Assembly (NCBI GenBank): GCA_000092065.1
Contig: CP000587.1
Strand: one strand, 5' to 3'
DNA: 64,000 bases
Origin: Ostreococcus lucimarinus
Lineage: Eukaryota
Position 1 is the first letter of the stretch. Each line of letters opens with the position of its first letter. Under the pieces are notes generated by a model that did not search any database, was not told the origin of the DNA, and saw nothing but the letters and a program-made list of their open reading frames with translations. Of the stretch, positions 60,266-64,000 are shown one piece after another. The translations under genes were made by a program, and so were the position numbers.

Positions 60266-61000
60266 TTACATCGCAAACGCTGCAGCTAAAAGCGTGGATG
60301 CGACGACCACGACGCGCGGAGCGAGCGTCGCCCCCCCCGCGCTCGTCGTCGCCGTATTGTCTCGCACCAAACTCCACGCGTTCGTGTCGATATTAAACTC
60401 CCACACGTCATTCATACCGTTCCCTCCGAACACGAGACACGCCGCGCCCTGTTCCCCGTGCGGCGTCGTCGTCGCCGCCCCGCTTCGCCTCGGCGGTCTC
60501 GTCCCGCCCACCGGGGAAATCGCGCTCCACCGTCCCGCGGCGCGGTTAAACACCCACAAATCGTCGAAATCTCCCACCCCCCCCCCGTACCCTCCGAACA
60601 CGTACAGATTCCCGCGCAGCGCGCACGCGCTCGCCCCACTCCTCCCGCGCGGTTTCGCCCCCCCCCCCGTCCCTCCCTCGTGCAATCGCGTCCACATCCC
60701 GTCGTAAATCCCCGCGCTCGCGTTCCACCTCAAGTCGTACTCCCACACGTCGTTCGCGTCCCGTCCCGTCGCGAGCTCCCGTCCGCCGAACACCACCATC
60801 CGCGCGCTCGTCGTCGCCGTCGCCGCGAACGTCCCGCTCGCGCTCCCCGTCCGCCCCGTCGGCGTCGTCCCGAACCGCGTCGCGTCCTGGCTCGACACCC
60901 GCGGCGTCGTCGTCGTCGCGCGCGCGTCGTCGACGCGCGTCGCCGCGATCGCCAGCGCGACCGCCATCGCCAGCGCGCGCGCCGTCGCGAACCGCACCAT
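60266..61000 (-). CDS. Secreted or membrane-anchored kelch-repeat (galactose-oxidase-like beta-propeller) protein
   Basis: Signal peptide MVRFATARALAMAVALAIAA. Kelch blades: NDVWEYD, LYVFGGYGGG, DLWVFN, NDVWEFNIDTNAWS. C-terminal hydrophobic tail VVVVASTLLAAAFAM. Confidence 0.6.
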   Translation of the reverse strand: MVRFATARALAMAVALAIAATRVDDARATTTTPRVSSQDATRFGTTPTGRTGSASGTFAATATTSARMVVFGGRELATGRDANDVWEYDLRWNASAGIYDGMWTRLHEGGTGGGAKPRGRSGASACALRGNLYVFGGYGGGVGDFDDLWVFNRAAGRWSAISPVGGTRPPRRSGAATTTPHGEQGAACLVFGGNGMNDVWEFNIDTNAWSLVRDNTATTSAGGATLAPRVVVVASTLLAAAFAM

Positions 61001-61387
61001 CGCCGTCGACGCCGCGCGCGCGTCGCGTCGTCGCGTCGTCGCGTCGCGCGCGTCGACGGCCGCGGCGTCAACGGGCGCGGCGACCGACCGACCGACGGAC
61101 GGCCCGCGTTTTTGCGTTTTTACGTCGTCTCGAGACGCATTCGAGGGCTCGGAATCCCTAACGACGTCCAGGCGGTGCGGACGGTGCGGATGGATGTTTG
61201 ATGTGTGCGCACGCCACCAGATGCGCTTTCGAGCGCCCATTCGACCGATCGTGACTCGAGAACGACCCCGCACGCCGCGCGCGCGACGCGACAGGCTGTC
61301 TCGTAACGAGCGGGCCTAACGGCCGGGCGGCGCGATTGATTGATTTGATTGATTGATTGCGCGCGATTGCGATTGCGCGACGCGGCC

Positions 61388-63001
61388 ATGGCGTGCGCGG
61401 CGAGATCGGCGACGACGAACGCGACGACGGCGGCGCGGAGACGCGAAGCGACGACGCGCGCGGGACGACGACGCGGGATGACGGCGACGGCGCGCGCGAC
61501 GGCGGCGAACGGGGCGGGCGAAAAGTCGCGGATCGGGCTGTGCGGACTCGCGGTGATGGGACAAAACCTGGCGCTGAACGTGGCGGAGAAGGGATTCGAC
61601 ATCTCGGTGTACAATCGATCGAGCGATAAGACGGACGTGTGCGTCGAACGGGCGAAGAAGGAGGGATTGGGGGCGAAACTGCGAGGGTATCACGAGATGA
61701 AGGATTTCGTGGCGTCGCTGGCGAAGCCGCGATGCGTGATAATCTTGGTGAAAGCGGGCGCGCCCGTGGACGCCACGATCGCGGGATTGTCGCAGTTTCT
61801 CGAACCTGGAGATTGCATCATCGATGGTGGGAACGAGTGGTACGAAAACACCGAACGACGATCGAAGGAGGCGGCGGAGAAGGGATTGCTGTACGTCGGC
61901 ATGGGCGTGAGCGGAGGCGAGGAGGGCGCGCGCAACGGACCGTCCATGATGCCGGGTGGGTCCAAGGAAGCGTACGATATCATCGCTGATATCTTAAAGC
62001 CCGTGAGCGCGCAGACCGATTCGGGGGCGTGCGTGACGTACGTCGGCCCAGGAGGCGCCGGGAACTTTGTCAAGATGGTGCACAACGGCATCGAGTACGG
62101 CGACATGCAACTCATCTCCGAAGCGTACGACGTGTTGAAAACCGTCGGCGGGTTGACGAACGATGAACTCGCGGCTGCGTTCACGGAATGGAACGAGGCG
62201 GAGTTGGAATCGTACCTCATCGAGATCTCCAGCATCATTTTGGCCAAGAAGGACGACCAGTCTGGCAAGAGCGACGACTTTTTGGTGGACAAGATCCTCG
62301 ACAAGACTGGCATGAAGGGCACTGGAAAGTGGACGGTGCAGCAAGCCGCGGAATTGTCCATCGCTGCGCCGACGATCGCGAGCTCTCTTGACGCCCGATG
62401 CTTGTCCGGATTGAAGGATGAACGCGTCAACGCCGAGGCGTTTTACGCCAAGCTCGGCTTGGCACCCGCCGGCGCCATGGGCCCGGCGGACAAAAAGCAA
62501 CTCATCAACGACGTGCGATATGCTCTGTACGCTTCCAAGGTGACTTCCTACGCCCAAGGCATGAACCTGATTCGCGCCAAGTCCAACGAGCAAGGCTGGA
62601 ACTTGAACCTCGGCGAAATGGCGCGCATCTGGAAGGGCGGCTGCATCATTCGCGCCGGCTTCTTGGACCGCATCAAGAACGCTTACGACCGAGACTCCAA
62701 GCTCCCGTCTCTTCTCGTTGACGAGCAGTTCGCCAAGGAAATGATCGAACGCGAAGCTTCGTGGCGTCGCGTCGTCACCGCCGCCATCAACGCCGGTGTT
62801 TCCGTGCCGTCCATGAGCGGTTCTCTCGCGTACTTTGACACTTACCGCCGCGCGCGCTCGCCGGCAAACTTGGTGCAAGCGCAGCGTGACTTCTTCGGTT
62901 CGCACACGTACGAACGCACCGACATGGAAGGCTGGTATCACACGCTCTGGAGTGATATGAACAGCGCTGACAGCATCACCACGTCTGGCTACAAGGCGTA
63001 A
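61388..63001 (+). CDS. GND: 6-phosphogluconate dehydrogenase (decarboxylating), with an N-terminal transit-like extension
   Basis: IGLCGLAVMGQNLALNVAEKGF...IIDGGNEWYENTERR...GMGVSGGEEGARNGPSMMPGG...VKMVHNGIEYGDMQLI is full-length 6PGDH. ATG at 61388. Confidence 0.9.
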   Translation: MACAARSATTNATTAARRREATTRAGRRRGMTATARATAANGAGEKSRIGLCGLAVMGQNLALNVAEKGFDISVYNRSSDKTDVCVERAKKEGLGAKLRGYHEMKDFVASLAKPRCVIILVKAGAPVDATIAGLSQFLEPGDCIIDGGNEWYENTERRSKEAAEKGLLYVGMGVSGGEEGARNGPSMMPGGSKEAYDIIADILKPVSAQTDSGACVTYVGPGGAGNFVKMVHNGIEYGDMQLISEAYDVLKTVGGLTNDELAAAFTEWNEAELESYLIEISSIILAKKDDQSGKSDDFLVDKILDKTGMKGTGKWTVQQAAELSIAAPTIASSLDARCLSGLKDERVNAEAFYAKLGLAPAGAMGPADKKQLINDVRYALYASKVTSYAQGMNLIRAKSNEQGWNLNLGEMARIWKGGCIIRAGFLDRIKNAYDRDSKLPSLLVDEQFAKEMIEREASWRRVVTAAINAGVSVPSMSGSLAYFDTYRRARSPANLVQAQRDFFGSHTYERTDMEGWYHTLWSDMNSADSITTSGYKA

Positions 63002-63180
63002 ATAAAAGCGATGATGGTCCGTCGCCCGTCGGGATTTTTGTTTTATTCACCGATGAGGGAGCTTTTCCTTCTCTTAGCGCGCGCCGCAAGCATGCCTGCT
63101 TCATAGTAAATTCGCTCAGGCGTTTGTAACGATCACAACCGCGTGTACGCTGCAACTAATACTATCTAATCGCTATGATT

Positions 63181-64000
63181 CTAGAAAACCGCACCGATGC
63201 GCTCGTCGAGCGCGCCGCGAGACCGCTTCGCGTTTCTACGCTCGGCGCCCCTCTCCGGAGCGCTGTGCGTGCTAGGATACGTCGGCATCTCCGCCGGTGG
63301 TTTCGGAGGAGGCGATTCTTGAAAGAAAGGATGCGCCAACGCCTCCGTCGCCGTCCCTCTCTTCTCCGGATCAAACGTCAGTAACACATCGAGCAAGTTG
63401 ACGCCCGCGGCGGAGAGTTTTGGAAAATTAATCTCAAGAAAATTGTACGGTTGCTCGGGCAACTTGAACTTGCGCGCGTGCGGTAACGCGTCCCATCCAG
63501 GCCAAATGTGTGAGTTCGGGCTTCCGAGCAAAGCGCAAATCATGTTCAATTGCTCGATTTCCGTCGAGCCCGGAAACAAGGGCTCGTGCTTGAGAAATTC
63601 GGCGAATATACAACCGACGGCCCACATATCGATCGCGCTCGTGTACGTGTCGCACCCGAACAGCAGCTCCGGCGCGCGATACCAAAGTGTCACCACTTTT
63701 GGCGTGTAACTCCCTCTATCGATCGGTTCGAACGTTCGCGCCAAACCAAAATCGCAAAGCTTCAACTCCCCGCGTTGGTTGAGCAACAAGTTGCTCAGCT
63801 TTAAATCCCTATGAAAGATGAACCTCTCGTGCAGGTACTCCACCGCTCGCAGCGTCTGCGTCATCAGCGATTTCACCTCACTCGTCGTCAACGTCGTCTT
63901 GACGTTATCGATCAGCCTCGCCAAATCGTGTTCGCAATACTCAAACACCAGAAACACGTTATTCAGCGCGTCCCCTTGAATCACCCGCAGCAACCGCACG
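63181..64000 (-). CDS. CDK-like serine/threonine kinase (CDK10/11-CDKG-like). The N-terminus lies beyond the window end.
   Basis: HRDLKLSNLLL, KLCDFGLAR, YTPKVVTLWYRAPELLFG and the CDK C-lobe. Stop (TAG) at 63181-63183. The ORF is open to position 64000. Confidence 0.75.
   Translation of the reverse strand, partial: VRLLRVIQGDALNNVFLVFEYCEHDLARLIDNVKTTLTTSEVKSLMTQTLRAVEYLHERFIFHRDLKLSNLLLNQRGELKLCDFGLARTFEPIDRGSYTPKVVTLWYRAPELLFGCDTYTSAIDMWAVGCIFAEFLKHEPLFPGSTEIEQLNMICALLGSPNSHIWPGWDALPHARKFKLPEQPYNFLEINFPKLSAAGVNLLDVLLTFDPEKRGTATEALAHPFFQESPPPKPPAEMPTYPSTHSAPERGAERRNAKRSRGALDERIGAVF

Noticed and set aside
60458-61201. 247-aa plus-strand ORF full of RRRR/PRPR
   Set aside because: Antisense to the kelch-repeat gene. 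Composition artefact of the poly-C/G-rich region.
1-64000. Search for a prokaryote-style novel system (defence island, operon, CRISPR, mobile element, rRNA/tRNA)
   Set aside because: Gene content, introns with branch-point motifs, transit/signal peptides and eukaryote-specific proteins (HIRA, eIF5, SRP68, GCP, V-ATPase C, eL37) show this is eukaryotic nuclear DNA. No repeats-plus-spacers arrays, IS/transposase ORFs, tRNA T-loop signatures or rRNA were seen.

Overview
This window reads as nuclear DNA from a compact, GC-rich, intron-poor green alga; the best fit is a mamiellophycean prasinophyte of the Ostreococcus/Micromonas type, but the taxon call is inference. About 40 protein-coding genes sit on both strands with intergenic spacers of roughly 4–950 bp. 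Organelle-targeted products include plastid enoyl-ACP reductase, phosphoserine phosphatase, a CA1Pase-like double histidine phosphatase, Mini-RNase III, a TGD4-like protein, an organellar bL30, mitochondrial EF-G1, an Obg GTPase and an SLC25 carrier. Conserved eukaryotic core genes are also present: a BRM/SYD-type SNF2 ATPase, HIRA, eIF5, NOL6/Nrap, SRP68, V-ATPase subunit C, a gamma-tubulin complex protein, an MORN-repeat PIP5K and a CDK-like kinase. I found no rRNA, tRNA, CRISPR array, transposon or prokaryote-style defence/operon system; the most unusual gene content is a 1,480-aa secreted EGF/TIG/cadherin-like protein and a eukaryotic copy of the mostly bacterial DUF2256 zinc finger.

The supplied ORF track allows GTG/TTG starts and assumes no introns. 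Because of this, several genes are missing or truncated in it:
- The cytosolic ribosomal protein eL37 (three exons) is absent.
- A saccharopine-dehydrogenase-like gene is split by a 105-nt intron.
- An ER protein has a separate 19-codon signal-peptide exon.
- A beta-propeller gene has an upstream first exon.
- NOL6 and Mini-RNase III have no in-frame ATG and their 5' ends are unresolved.

The five introns I could place by reading (eL37 x2 plus one each in the saccharopine-dehydrogenase-like, ER-protein and beta-propeller genes) are 104–238 nt. Each has a GT donor, an AG acceptor and an ACTGAC branch-point-like motif 23–40 nt upstream of the acceptor.

Many long ORFs in the track are Arg/Ala/Pro-rich antisense or alternate-frame readings of GC-rich DNA and were rejected. 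Other points of interest:
- A 4-nt gap between the bL30 stop and the phosphoserine phosphatase ATG.
- A roughly 950-bp AT-rich intergenic island.
- Recurring (GGTC)n and (GATT)n microsatellites in divergent promoters.
- A (GAC)14 tract in a 5' leader.
- 8–11-nt G/C homopolymers inside a kelch-repeat coding sequence.
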